The notes: a model not told the origin generated them from the sequence alone. A stretch of DNA of 64,000 bases from Candidatus Binataceae bacterium (GCA_030038355.1 JASHPB010000273.1:85221-149220); one strand, 5' to 3'; numbered from the stretch's first letter, positions 27,619 to 37,490 are shown. Translations and numbers: made by a program.

Positions 27619-30196
27619 GCGGCCGCATCTTCTCTGGCTGCTGCTCTTGCTACCGATCGTGATAGCGCCGGGAATCCTCGCGCTTCGCGGCGGGCAGCGT
27701 CCTCTCGCGTTGTTGCTGATCTCAATCCGCACGCTCTTGCTCGTCACGCTTGTTGCACTGATCGCGGGGCTCAGGATTCCCGGGCACGTGGCGGCGCGAA
27801 AGCTCGCCGTGGTCGCCGCAATAGATGAATCTCGCTCGATTGCGCCGGACCAGGCTGAGTGGATGCGCAAGCGGGTAAGGGAACTCAGGCGGGCGATGTC
27901 GCCGCGCGACGAACTCGCGGTGGTGGGCTTCGGCCGCGATGCGCGGCTGCTCGCGCCGATGTCCGATCCGCGTCTGGTACGCGAGATCGGGCGCGGCGCC
28001 GATCCCGGCGCAACCAATATCGCTGATGCCCTTACGACCGCCGAAAGTCTTTTCGCGCCCGACACCGACCAGCGTATCTTGCTCCTGAGTGACGGCAATG
28101 AGACGGAGGACTCCGTGCGCGCCGCGATTCCGTCGCTGACTGAGAGTGGAGTCCGGGTTTTCACCGCAACGCCGCCGCCCTCGGCGACCGAACGCGTCGC
28201 TCTCACCGATTTCAGCGCGCCTGGAATGGTGCGAGCCGATCAGCAGTTTGCCTTTCGAATCGCCGTCGCGAGTGAAGCGCAAGCGCCCGCCAGTGCCACG
28301 CTGAAGCTCTACCAGGACGGAGCCGCGTTGGGGGCTGAGACGGTGATGCTGAAGCCGGGGCTTAACCGCTTCGAGTTGCCCTACAGGATGAGCCAGCGAG
28401 GCGCGTTTATCATGGGCGCCGAGGTGAGCGTTGCGCCGCCGCGGCTCGCGATCAATCCGCGGCTCGAAACCGGTATCTCGGTGATCGGCGCGCCGCGCGT
28501 GCTGATCGCGACGTTGACGCCGCCGGAGAGCTTGATGACGGCGCTTAAGCTCCGCGGCTACCGGATAGATACGGTCTCGCCGCTGAGTCTCAGCTCCAAC
28601 CCGCTCGACTACCTTCCTTATCAGCTCGTGATCATGGCTGACGCGCCGGCGAGCCAACTCAACGCCCAGGTGCAGCACGCATTGAATCGTTACGTCGCTG
28701 ACCTCGGCGGCGGATTGATCGCAACGGGGGATACGCTCCGCGAAGACGGCTATCGCGGCGGCGAACTGGAAAAGACGCTGCCAGTAAACTTCGAATTACA
28801 GCCGCCGCCCCCCTCGCGCGAGCCGATCGCAGTGTATCTATGCATCGACCGGTCGAACTCGATGAGCTACGACTCGCGGTATCCCGCGGTGCGCGATGGC
28901 GAGAGGATTCGCTATGCCAAGCAAGCGGCGATCGCTCTCCTGCGCCAGCTCGATGACACTGATTTTGCCGGTGTGATCGCGTTCGACTCGCAGCCCTACG
29001 TGCTCGGACATCTCGAGCCGCTCGGCGACGATCGCTCGGACCTCGAGAACCGCATCGAGCGGCTCCAGCCGGGCGGCGGCACCGATTTTAAGGATGCACT
29101 CGAAATCGCGGAGCGGGAAATCCTGCAGAGCAAGATCGCCGTGCGCCAGGTCATCCTGCTGACCGACGGCGACACCAACCGGCAGTATCACGACCACGAT
29201 GATCTGATCGCGAGTTTCGTGCGCGAGAAAATTCCGGTCTCGACGATCCGTATCGGACCTGATCTCGCCAACCTCCAGTTGCTGCAGGACTTCGCGCAGG
29301 CGACCGGCGGCGTTTTCTACCGCGTCGCTGATATCGAAAAGCTTCCTCTATTGCTGGTCGGGCTCACGCGCGAGGCGATGAACCGGCGCAAGCAGGATCG
29401 AACCGCGGTGGTGGCGGGTGAGCCGAGCGCGATCCTCACCGGCATCAGCGCCAAGGAAGTTCCGCCCATCGACTTTTTTGCTTCGACCTCGGCGAAAAAC
29501 GGCGCACAAGTGCCGCTCAGCGTCACCCGCGGCGATCGCTCGGCGCCGTTGCTGGCTGCCTGGCAGTATGGCCTCGGCCGCGCCGCGGTTTTCGCTGCCG
29601 ATCCCGACTCGCTCGCCACGCTCAGCTGGATCCGATGGAGCCGCTATGCGGAATTTTGGTCGCAACTCGTTACGTGGACGATGCGCGAGGGCGACGCAGG
29701 CCCCTTCACGATGAGAATTATGCCGAGTCCCGACGGTTCGATCGCGGTCGAAGCCGAGAAAGCTGACAACGATCCGGTCAGCAACCTCGTCTGCCGTCTC
29801 AGCGGACCTTCACATGCGACCGATATCGCGATGACGCAGGCCGACGCCTCGCTCTATCGCGCCGATCTCGGGCCGCTAGCGCGCGGCAAATACACCGTAA
29901 CCCTGATGCTCAAGGCGGGCGACACCGAGCGCATCATCGAGCAGCGGGAATTCGCCACGCCCGGCTCGATCGCGGCTGACAGTGCGGAGCTTCGAATTCG
30001 TCCACCCAACATCGAGTTGCTTCGTGATTTGGCCACCGCGACGCGCGGCGCCTTCGACGCCGATGACGCCGAAATCGTGCGGCATGCCGGCGCGACGGTC
30101 GCTGTGCGGACCCGCGCGGATGCGATCCTGTTACCAATTATCATCTTGTTGTTTCTCAGCGAGGTCTTTGTCCGTCGCAGGTTCCTGGGCCAGTGA
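27611..30196 (+). CDS. Large membrane-anchored protein with two VWA domains (BatB-like)
   Basis: The start is at MFERPHLLW, with a GGGGAG Shine-Dalgarno. VWA cores are VAAIDESRSI and VYLCIDRSNSMS. There is a C-terminal TM segment. The stop overlaps the downstream start. Confidence 0.8.
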   Translation: MFERPHLLWLLLLLPIVIAPGILALRGGQRPLALLLISIRTLLLVTLVALIAGLRIPGHVAARKLAVVAAIDESRSIAPDQAEWMRKRVRELRRAMSPRDELAVVGFGRDARLLAPMSDPRLVREIGRGADPGATNIADALTTAESLFAPDTDQRILLLSDGNETEDSVRAAIPSLTESGVRVFTATPPPSATERVALTDFSAPGMVRADQQFAFRIAVASEAQAPASATLKLYQDGAALGAETVMLKPGLNRFELPYRMSQRGAFIMGAEVSVAPPRLAINPRLETGISVIGAPRVLIATLTPPESLMTALKLRGYRIDTVSPLSLSSNPLDYLPYQLVIMADAPASQLNAQVQHALNRYVADLGGGLIATGDTLREDGYRGGELEKTLPVNFELQPPPPSREPIAVYLCIDRSNSMSYDSRYPAVRDGERIRYAKQAAIALLRQLDDTDFAGVIAFDSQPYVLGHLEPLGDDRSDLENRIERLQPGGGTDFKDALEIAEREILQSKIAVRQVILLTDGDTNRQYHDHDDLIASFVREKIPVSTIRIGPDLANLQLLQDFAQATGGVFYRVADIEKLPLLLVGLTREAMNRRKQDRTAVVAGEPSAILTGISAKEVPPIDFFASTSAKNGAQVPLSVTRGDRSAPLLAAWQYGLGRAAVFAADPDSLATLSWIRWSRYAEFWSQLVTWTMREGDAGPFTMRIMPSPDGSIAVEAEKADNDPVSNLVCRLSGPSHATDIAMTQADASLYRADLGPLARGKYTVTLMLKAGDTERIIEQREFATPGSIAADSAELRIRPPNIELLRDLATATRGAFDADDAEIVRHAGATVAVRTRADAILLPIIILLFLSEVFVRRRFLGQ

Positions 30197-30213
30197 ACGA
30201 CGAGGGAGGAAGG

Positions 30214-30753
30214 ATGAAACCGAGCCGCGGTCGCTTCCAGGGTAAAATTCTGTCCACCATTTGTGCTTGCGCTGTCGTGCTCGCCGCGAGTGTCTCTGCA
30301 AACGCGGCGTTCTCGGAGCGCGATCTGAGGGCGCTCGGCAAGGCAAGCCTGATTTACATCGCGACCGTCAGGAAGGACGGCAATCAGAGCACGTCGGCGC
30401 CGGTCTGGTTCATCATGAGCAAGGACAAAACGCTCCTGATCCAGACGGGCGCGACCAGCTGGAAGGCCAAACGCATCCGGCGCGGCAGCCCGGCGATGAT
30501 CTGGATCGGCGAAAAAAGCGGTCCCGCGTTCATGGCTGAGGCGGCGATCGAAAGCGGCAAGGATTCGCAGCAGGAGATCCTTGAGGGCATTCCGCGCAAG
30601 TACACGCTTGCACGGCTCGGAATCGTCGGACCGAGTCAGAAGAAGTTCGACGCCGGCACGTTGGTGGTAATTCGCCTCACCCAGGTGCGCGATTTGCCGG
30701 ATGGTTACGCTTCGCAGCCGGGCACGCCTGCGCCGCCACTGGAATCGAAGTAG
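30214..30753 (+). CDS. Secreted pyridoxamine 5'-phosphate oxidase-like FMN-binding split-barrel protein
   Basis: GAGGGAGGAAGG Shine-Dalgarno. It has a signal peptide. A PNPOx-like core reads LIYIATVRKDGNQSTSAPVWFIMSKDKTLLIQT. Confidence 0.7.
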   Translation: MKPSRGRFQGKILSTICACAVVLAASVSANAAFSERDLRALGKASLIYIATVRKDGNQSTSAPVWFIMSKDKTLLIQTGATSWKAKRIRRGSPAMIWIGEKSGPAFMAEAAIESGKDSQQEILEGIPRKYTLARLGIVGPSQKKFDAGTLVVIRLTQVRDLPDGYASQPGTPAPPLESK

Positions 30754-31024
30754 GCAGTTATAGACCAATCAATCTTGCCCTTGAGGTAGCGGCCTTGCTC
30801 CATCGGGAATAATCACGCGCCATCGAGTTATAGTAACCCTGATCGCGTGATGTCCCTCGCGGATCGCAATTCCAACCGCCCGCGCCGCTGAGTCGAGTCC
30901 ACTGAGCAGAACCTGCTCACCTCTATATCGGATTGATATCCGAAGGCGACGATAGCTACGAATTCCTGACTCGAACGGCGTCATTCGTAGCCGGATCGAT
31001 TCCTCGCTCGACGGCGCGATCCGC

Positions 31025-31680
31025 TTGGGGTCTGGCCTTGGAAGCACTACGATGCAGATGCCGCAATTGACCGGCACTTTTTGGTTCAACAGCGAGAACG
31101 CGGCGCCGTTCCAGTTGCGCTACTTCGGCAACACCGGCAACAACTTTAGCACGACGCCCTTCTGGTTCGGCCTCGCGAAGATAGCACCTGGGCAGAAGCT
31201 CGATACCGGCGGGACGCGCTGCTTCACCTTCGGCGGCTGCTACCAGCGGCGGCTGACTCGATGGTACCGGAATCGCGAATCGAACCTGCCGGCGTTTCTG
31301 CAGGGATGGGATCTGCGGACGAAGGTTGGAATCGAATTCACCTACAACGACTTCCCGATCAATGACGGCAGCCCAAACTTCACTACATTTGCTTAGTACG
31401 AGGCCCGCATCCGGTTCCACGAGAAGGGATTGCCGGTTCCGCTCCTCGGCATGGAACTGCGGCGACGGATCCTGCCGAATCCTCGTGCTTGAGGGGAGCG
31501 CGCAGGCTATTGGACCAACAAGTGGAACTCGGCACGCAACGAGGGCGAAACGGTTTACGATTGGCAATCGGGATTCGAAACGCATCGGCGCGCGATCTAC
31601 TTCAATTCGTTGCTGCGCGGTGTAAGTCCGTTCCTCGGAATCGACTACAACTACACCAAGGACGCGCAGAACTTAGACTG
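31025..31680 (+). pseudogene. Outer-membrane beta-barrel protein remnant, fragmented across frames
   Basis: Aromatic-rich beta-strand-like segments (FWFNSENAAPFQLRYFGN...IEFTYNDF) break into two further frames (YEARIRF... and ...AIYFNSLLRGVSPFLGIDYNYTKD). There is no intact N-terminus and no signal peptide. Confidence 0.4.
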
Positions 31681-31843
31681 AAGGTTTACAACTTGTAGCG
31701 CCTGCAGATGTTCGTCCTTGAGCTCGGCTTGGAGCATCAAACCGCTCTTCTGATTCGCCAAAGGCGCCAGGAAATTCCGAGCGAACAAAGAGTGAGCGCG
31801 AGTTAAAGCGAGCCTGATAGGCGGGCCCGCGCGATGGTAGGCT

Positions 31844-32769
31844 TTGCCGCTTCCGTCGATGAGTCCTGCGGCATCGCCAGCCATCAACACGTCGCAATCC
31901 TCGGTCTGCGAAGTCGCCGCTGCCAAGTTTGCCGGAATACCAAAACGATGGCCACCCCTAGCCACTGAACCATGTGGCAAGGATGTGCCGGCGTGCGCGG
32001 CGGATATCGACGCATGCCTCGCAAAAGCGAAGACCTTCGACGCGAGCGCCGCCGCGCGACGGGCATATGTTTATCTCAACCGGCTCGGCGTCCCTCGCGA
32101 TTACACTCTCGCGAGGAACTGGTCAGCGGTAGCGGCGGCCAGAGGCAACGCTCTCGGCGAGGATAATCTGGGACAGAATCCCCGCCATCGGCCTGGGTGT
32201 CACGCAGGACTATCCGACGGCGCAAGACAACTTTCAGCGTGCGGCGGCGCACAACTGCGCGCTGGCCCAGAACGACCCGGGCGATATGTACCTCTACGGT
32301 AAAGGCGTCGCCTGCGATCCATCAACCGCGTTGGAGTGGTATCGAAAGGCTGCGCAACAGAACGACGCGACGGGGCAAAGCAACCTGGGCTACAGGTGTC
32401 TTCACGGCTTTGGAGTTCAGAAGGATCCGAAGCAGGGCCCTCGATTGGCTTGCTAAATCAGCGGCGCAGGGAAATCCGTCTGCGCAGGATTCATTCGGAT
32501 ATATGTACCTCACGGGCCTTCGGGTGGAGCGCGACCCAGCGCAGTCGTTCCAGTGCTTCAAGGCCGCGGCCAAGCAAGGGTTTGCTGAGTCAGAGATTCA
32601 CCTCGCCGAGCTTTACAAGAAAGGACTCGGCGTCGAGCAAAGTAGCGACGACCGATGGTATTGTGCGGCGGCAGCGACAGGCAATGTCGCCGCGCAGCTG
32701 CAGATCCAGAGTCTGAACGCGAGTTGTCCCGCAATTGCCGCACAGAACTCCACGCCGAACTCCGATTGA
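31844..32769 (+). pseudogene. Sel1-repeat (TPR-like) protein gene with at least two frameshifts
   Basis: Sel1 motifs run through three successive frames: AYVYLNRLGVPRDYTLARNWSAVAAARGNALGEDNLG, then DMYLYGKGVACDPSTALEWYRKAAQQNDATGQSNLGYRCLHGFGVQKD, then AQDSFGYMYLTGLRVERDPAQSFQCFKAAAKQGFAESEIHLAELYKKGLGV. Confidence 0.55.
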
Positions 32770-32820
32770 CGCCTCGCGATCAGGCTGAACAGGTCAGCCT
32801 TGAAAGAGAAGGATCGTCGG

Positions 32821-32839
32821 AAATGTTTCAGTGAAACAT
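32821..32839. promoter_or_regulatory. Perfect 19-bp palindrome AATGTTTCAGTGAAACATT upstream of the DUF983 gene. Candidate operator.
   Basis: The inverted repeat is read directly from the sequence. It lies about 70 bp upstream of the start at 32907. Confidence 0.3.
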
Positions 32840-32906
32840 TCGATGCGCCCGCCTCTCGAGCGATTTTCATTGGCGTCATTGCAGCGCGCGAGTAAAATTT
32901 AGTTAG

Positions 32907-33323
32907 ATGGCCACGATGCAACCCAACTCGATCCTCTTTCGGCGCGCGATCGAGCGCAAGTGTCCGGTATGCGGCCGTGGCGACGTCTTCGCGACGCACT
33001 TCCGGATGAATCGCGCCTGCCCACGATGCCACGTCGTGTTCTGGAAGGACCCCGGCGAATCGCTCGGCGCGATGTATCTTGACTACGCGGTCGCGACGGT
33101 TGCCTTCCTTGTCGCCTGGCTGGTGGTCGCATTCGGGACGCACCTTTCCGACACGGGGCAAATCGTTATCTTGTGTGCCGTCGCCGTGAGCGCCGTGATC
33201 GCAGCCTATCCATGGACGCGAAGCGCCTGGACAGTGCTGGTCTATCTCTCCGGTGGAATCGAGCGGCCGCGGATGCGCGCGATACGCGGCGGCAAGGAAC
33301 CGCCGAAAGCGGGCGCGGCTTAG
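32907..33323 (+). CDS. DUF983-like zinc-ribbon membrane protein
   Basis: Two Cys pairs: CPVCGRG...CPRC. They are followed by two TM helices. Confidence 0.7.
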   Translation: MATMQPNSILFRRAIERKCPVCGRGDVFATHFRMNRACPRCHVVFWKDPGESLGAMYLDYAVATVAFLVAWLVVAFGTHLSDTGQIVILCAVAVSAVIAAYPWTRSAWTVLVYLSGGIERPRMRAIRGGKEPPKAGAA

Positions 33324-34501
33324 GTGCGGCGCTCAGCGAGCTTCTGCTTCAATGTCTTGAACCTCGCGGCCGCCGCCGCGATCGTTTCATCGCTCTTGGA
33401 GAATGTAAACCTGAGCTTGGTGCGTCCAAGTTCCGGGCGATGGTAGAAACTTGACCCTGGTACCGCCGCGACCCCTATCGAATCGAGAAAGAAATCCGCC
33501 GCTTGGCCGTCATCGCGGAAACCGAGTGCGCCGATGTCGGCCATGATGTAGTAGGCCCCTTCCGGTGAGGTGCATTCGAGGTCTGCGCTGCGGAGCGCTT
33601 GGTAGAGCGCTGCGCGCTTGCGATCGTACATCGCGGCGAGTTCGACGTAGAACGATTCGGGCAACCGGAGCGCCGCGGCCCCGGCCTCCTGCAGCGGATG
33701 CGGCGCGCCGACGGTGAGAAAATCATGCACCTTCCGAATCGCCGACGTGATTGCTTCACTTGCGATCGCGTAGGCGAGACGCCAGCCGGTGATTGAGTAA
33801 GTCTTCGAGAGCCCGCTAATCGTGATCGTCCGCTCGGCCATCCCGGGCAAACTCGCGATCGAGACGTGGCGCGCCTCGCCATAGATGATGTGCTCGTAGA
33901 TTTCGTCGGTGATCGCGAGCGTGTCGTAGTGGCGGCTTAGCGACGCGATGACCTCGAGCTCGGCGCGGCTGAACACTTTGCCGCTCGGATTATGCGGCGT
34001 GTTGATCACGATTGCCTTGGTTCGCGGGCCGAACGCTGCCTCGAGCTCTGCCCGATCGATCGCGTAACCCGAGCCTCTGAGCGCCACGAACCGTGGCGTC
34101 GCGCCGGCTAGAATCACGTCAGGACCATAGTTCTCATAGAACGGCTCGAAGATGACGACCTCGTCACCCGGGTTGATGACGGCGAGCATCGTCGCGATCA
34201 TTGCCTCGGTCGCGCCGCAGGTTACCGTGACGTTGAGATCGGGATCGCACGCAATGCCATTGTAGGCGCGGACCTTGTCCGCGATGGCGCGCCGGAAGTT
34301 GGGCGAGCCGTGCGTGATAGCGTACTGGTTGTGATCTTCGTCGATGGCGCGCTTGGCGGCTTCTTTCAGCTCGGCCGGCGCGGCGAAATCAGGAAATCCC
34401 TGGGCCAGGTTGACGGCGCCCGACTTGAGCGCCCGCCGTGTCATCTCGCGGATTACCGATTCGGTGAAGTGGCGGGTCTTGGCGCTAACATCGGTCGGCA
34501 T
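33320..34501 (-). CDS. Pyridoxal-phosphate-dependent aminotransferase, class I/II
   Basis: A 393-aa ORF. The PLP-lysine region reads ISGLSKTYSITGWRLAY. The N-terminus reads NLAQGFPDF. Confidence 0.9.
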   Translation of the reverse strand: MPTDVSAKTRHFTESVIREMTRRALKSGAVNLAQGFPDFAAPAELKEAAKRAIDEDHNQYAITHGSPNFRRAIADKVRAYNGIACDPDLNVTVTCGATEAMIATMLAVINPGDEVVIFEPFYENYGPDVILAGATPRFVALRGSGYAIDRAELEAAFGPRTKAIVINTPHNPSGKVFSRAELEVIASLSRHYDTLAITDEIYEHIIYGEARHVSIASLPGMAERTITISGLSKTYSITGWRLAYAIASEAITSAIRKVHDFLTVGAPHPLQEAGAAALRLPESFYVELAAMYDRKRAALYQALRSADLECTSPEGAYYIMADIGALGFRDDGQAADFFLDSIGVAAVPGSSFYHRPELGRTKLRFTFSKSDETIAAAAARFKTLKQKLAERRT

Positions 34502-34582
34502 CGCCGCAGTTTAAGACTCATCGGGCAGGGGAACAATATCGCTCGCGAGCGGGTCTGGCTGCGAATCGAGGCGAATGATCGC

Positions 34583-34792
34583 TCAGTCTTCTTCTTCGCC
34601 CGCCGACTCGAGAACTGACGCACCCTGCTTCAAGCGCCACTCGTCGATGACCTCGACGTTGAAGCGCCAGTCGCTGCCAATCTTGAAGCCGGGTAGCTGC
34701 CCCTTCTTCAGGAGGCGATAAATTGTCGAGCGATGGACGCGGAGGTACTCGGCAAGCTCGTTTACGGTGAGGACCTTGGCCGCAGGCTGCAT
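34583..34792 (-). CDS. Excisionase/AlpA-family helix-turn-helix DNA-binding protein
   Basis: A 69-aa ORF whose HTH reads LTVNELAEYLRVHRSTIYRLLKKGQLPGFKIG. Confidence 0.75.
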   Translation of the reverse strand: MQPAAKVLTVNELAEYLRVHRSTIYRLLKKGQLPGFKIGSDWRFNVEVIDEWRLKQGASVLESAGEEED

Positions 34793-34972
34793 GTGATCTT
34801 GAAAACCTTTATTAGGCTTATCCGACCTTACTGCGGCGTTAAGTTATCACAAAATACGGTTTAGGCTATACCCCCTTGTAACAGATTATCCGAGCACTTT
34901 GCGAAAATCGCAGGTTTTCTGCCTACTCTTGGCTATACCTGTCCACAGAATATTGGCTTTCGTATCTTACGC
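34793..34972. promoter_or_regulatory. AT-rich intergenic region with direct repeats (GGCTATACC twice, TTATCCGA twice) upstream of the HTH gene
   Basis: GC content here is far below the window average. The repeats are read directly from the sequence. Confidence 0.35.
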
Positions 34973-36433
34973 TTAGCCGAAGAGCCGATTTGCCGCCTCT
35001 CGTAGTTCGGCGCGATGGTCCGGATGCGCCACCGCGATCAGCTCGTGAGCCCGCTCGCGATGGGTCTTGCCGAGCAGCCGCGCGATGCCGAACTCAGTCA
35101 CTACCGTGTCCGCGAAGTAGCGGGGAATCGTCACCAGTGCGCCCTGCTCGAGTTGCGGGACGATTCGTGAGATCGCGCCGCCCATTGCGGTCGACGGCAG
35201 GAGCGTGATCGCGCGACCGCCCGGGCATAGGAACGCGCCGATGTGGGTTTCCGGCTGGCCGCCGGTCCCGTTCATCATGCGGGCGCCGATCACGGTCTCC
35301 GAGTTGATCTGGCCGGTCAGGTCGACGCTTAACGCGTTGTTGATTGAGGTTTGCCGGTAGTTAGACGTGATGGTCGACAACCTCAACACGTATTCAGGGT
35401 CGTAGAGCTCGAAGGCCGGATTATCGTCGACTATGCGCAGATCCTCGGGATCAGAGCCCGACCAGGCGACCGCGATCGCCTTGCCGCGATGAATAGTCTT
35501 GCGTCGGCCGTTGATGATTCCGCGATCCACCAGGCGCGCGATTCCCGGCGCGACCATCTCCGTATGCAGGCCGAGATCTTGCTTGCGGTCGAATGCGCCA
35601 AGACGTGGCATCTGCGCACTGGGATCACCGACGCCGATTTGGATCGTCGTGCCGTCGTCAATCAGCTCCTCGAGGTAGCCGGCCATCGACTTGTAGGCCT
35701 CCGGCGGCGGCGCGATGCCGAGCAGCACGCGCACCTCGGTCGGAGACATCCGCTGCAGGTAACGCGCGATCGGCAGCATCCGCTCGATTCCGGCCTCCGC
35801 GACGATCGCGCGCATCTCACTTGCCTTCGCAGGCTCCATCTTTGCAAGTTCGCGCTCGAGCGCGACTGGATCCGGCGCCGGTGGCGTGCCCTCGACGAAG
35901 TAATCGAACTCCGACACGTGCATCCAGACGTCGCCGTAGGTGCGCGTGAGATTGCGATCGACCTCGGCCACCACGATCCGCGCGCGCCGCACGTACGAGC
36001 GCTTGTTCCACTGATGCGGTCCGAAGCTGACGAAGCCTTTCGCGTTGGGAGGAGTGACATTGACGAAGGTAATGTCGATCGGCTTTGCCTCGTCGGGGCG
36101 TTCATCGTGTGCCTTGAAGCCCATCGAGAACGTGTTCGGCAGGTAGGACCCGCGGCGCGCATCGTGCGCGGGACGGCCGATATTGCCGATGAACAGCTCG
36201 AACTCGATGCTGACCTTGGCGCTCATGTCTTGCGCGAACCATCCAGGATCGGCCAGCGGCGACGAGACGCGTATATCGATGCCGCTTTTGAACTCCGCGA
36301 CGTGCGCCGCGACGAGCGGCTGCATGATCGTGCCTCCGGCGAGCGGAAAGTGCACGCGCATCCCGGGTTTCACCAGCCGCGCCGCTTCTTCGATCGGGAT
36401 TTGCCGAGCCTTGTAATACTCCTGCCAATCCAT
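34973..36433 (-). CDS. Acetyl-CoA hydrolase/transferase family protein (4-hydroxybutyrate CoA-transferase-like)
   Basis: A 486-aa ORF. Motifs typical of the family include GDPSAQMPRLGAFDRKQDLGLHTEM and the Gly-rich C-terminal region NGTGGQPE. Confidence 0.85.
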   Translation of the reverse strand: MDWQEYYKARQIPIEEAARLVKPGMRVHFPLAGGTIMQPLVAAHVAEFKSGIDIRVSSPLADPGWFAQDMSAKVSIEFELFIGNIGRPAHDARRGSYLPNTFSMGFKAHDERPDEAKPIDITFVNVTPPNAKGFVSFGPHQWNKRSYVRRARIVVAEVDRNLTRTYGDVWMHVSEFDYFVEGTPPAPDPVALERELAKMEPAKASEMRAIVAEAGIERMLPIARYLQRMSPTEVRVLLGIAPPPEAYKSMAGYLEELIDDGTTIQIGVGDPSAQMPRLGAFDRKQDLGLHTEMVAPGIARLVDRGIINGRRKTIHRGKAIAVAWSGSDPEDLRIVDDNPAFELYDPEYVLRLSTITSNYRQTSINNALSVDLTGQINSETVIGARMMNGTGGQPETHIGAFLCPGGRAITLLPSTAMGGAISRIVPQLEQGALVTIPRYFADTVVTEFGIARLLGKTHRERAHELIAVAHPDHRAELREAANRLFG

Positions 36434-36625
36434 CGCGCTTCGATTCCTTTTGGTAGATAAAGTGCCGACGAAAGTTCAACAATGGCGGAGCGGCACGCGG
36501 CGCGCAAACTTGTTCGCGGCGAGCCGAGCGGATAGTTTTCGAGCCTGGAGAGAGTGCGCACGTTCGATTTGATTGCGCGCCACTTCAATTCGACTACTCG
36601 GCACTCTGACTCTCGGAGGATTCTT

Positions 36626-37483
36626 ATGAAATTCGGTATCGGCTTTGCCACTTCCGGAGCATTCAGCGATCCCACCCTTTTGGGGCAGCTCGCGGTCACT
36701 GCCGAGCGATGCGGGTTCGACTCGCTGTGGAGCGTCGAGCACGTTGCGATTCCAGTCCCGCACGCGCCTTACGCCGGGAGCAAGGACGGGAAGATGCCGG
36801 GGGGCGACGACGTTGCGATTCCCGACCCGCTCATCCCGCTCGCCTACGCTGCCGCGATCACGAAGACGATAAAGCTCGCGACCGGAATCCTGATTCTCCC
36901 GCAGCGCCATCCGATTTACACCGCCAAGGAAGTCGCAACCGTCGATCTTCTCTCGGGTGGGCGCGTGATCCTCGGTATCGGCAGTGGATGGATGAAAGAG
37001 GAGTTCGAGGCGCTTGGAATCAACTTCCATCACCGCGGCGCGATGACTGACGAAGCAATCCAGGCGCTGCGTGCGCTATGGCGCGACGGCACCTCGTCGT
37101 TCGCCGGCCAGCATTTCAAATTTGGTCCCCTCTATTCGTGTCCCAAGCCGGTTCGCAGGGACGTGCCGATTCATGTCGGCGGGCATTCCACGGCGGCGGC
37201 GAAACGTGCCGGGCGCTACGGCGATGGATTCTTCCCGACCGTGATGAATCCCGAGAAGCTGAAGGAACTATTCGGGATTGTTCGTTCCGAGGCGAAAAAG
37301 GCAGGGCGTGATCCCGAGGCGATCGAATTCTCCTGCATGACGCGCTCGGTTGACGCGGCCAACTTGAAGTCGCTGGCCGATCTCGGTGTCTCGCGCGTTG
37401 TGGTGAATCCCCCCGGCACCAAACCCGAAGCGCTGACGCGTGGCCTCGAGAAATTCCAGCAGGAAGTGATCGCGAAAGCTTGA
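36626..37483 (+). CDS. LLM-class (luciferase-like) F420-dependent oxidoreductase
   Basis: The start is at MKFGIGF, with a GGAGGA Shine-Dalgarno. LLM motifs SLWSVEHV and GRVILGIGSGW are present. Confidence 0.85.
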   Translation: MKFGIGFATSGAFSDPTLLGQLAVTAERCGFDSLWSVEHVAIPVPHAPYAGSKDGKMPGGDDVAIPDPLIPLAYAAAITKTIKLATGILILPQRHPIYTAKEVATVDLLSGGRVILGIGSGWMKEEFEALGINFHHRGAMTDEAIQALRALWRDGTSSFAGQHFKFGPLYSCPKPVRRDVPIHVGGHSTAAAKRAGRYGDGFFPTVMNPEKLKELFGIVRSEAKKAGRDPEAIEFSCMTRSVDAANLKSLADLGVSRVVVNPPGTKPEALTRGLEKFQQEVIAKA

Positions 37484-37490
37484 GCATCCA

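Noticed and set aside
25393-28678. Long minus-strand ORFs (356, 327, 510 and 318 aa) across the Bat-like operon
   Set aside because: They are antisense to coding sequence with clear MoxR, DUF58 and VWA motifs. They are rich in Arg, Ala and Ser, which is the composition expected of spurious frames in high-GC DNA.
31651-31980. A 109-aa minus-strand ORF between the OMP remnant and the Sel1 pseudogene
   Set aside because: It overlaps the Sel1 N-terminal reading frame on the opposite strand. It has no Shine-Dalgarno and no motifs.
35351-36460. A 369-aa plus-strand ORF antisense to the acetyl-CoA hydrolase/transferase gene
   Set aside because: It has no motifs and no Shine-Dalgarno. The opposite strand encodes a full-length family member.
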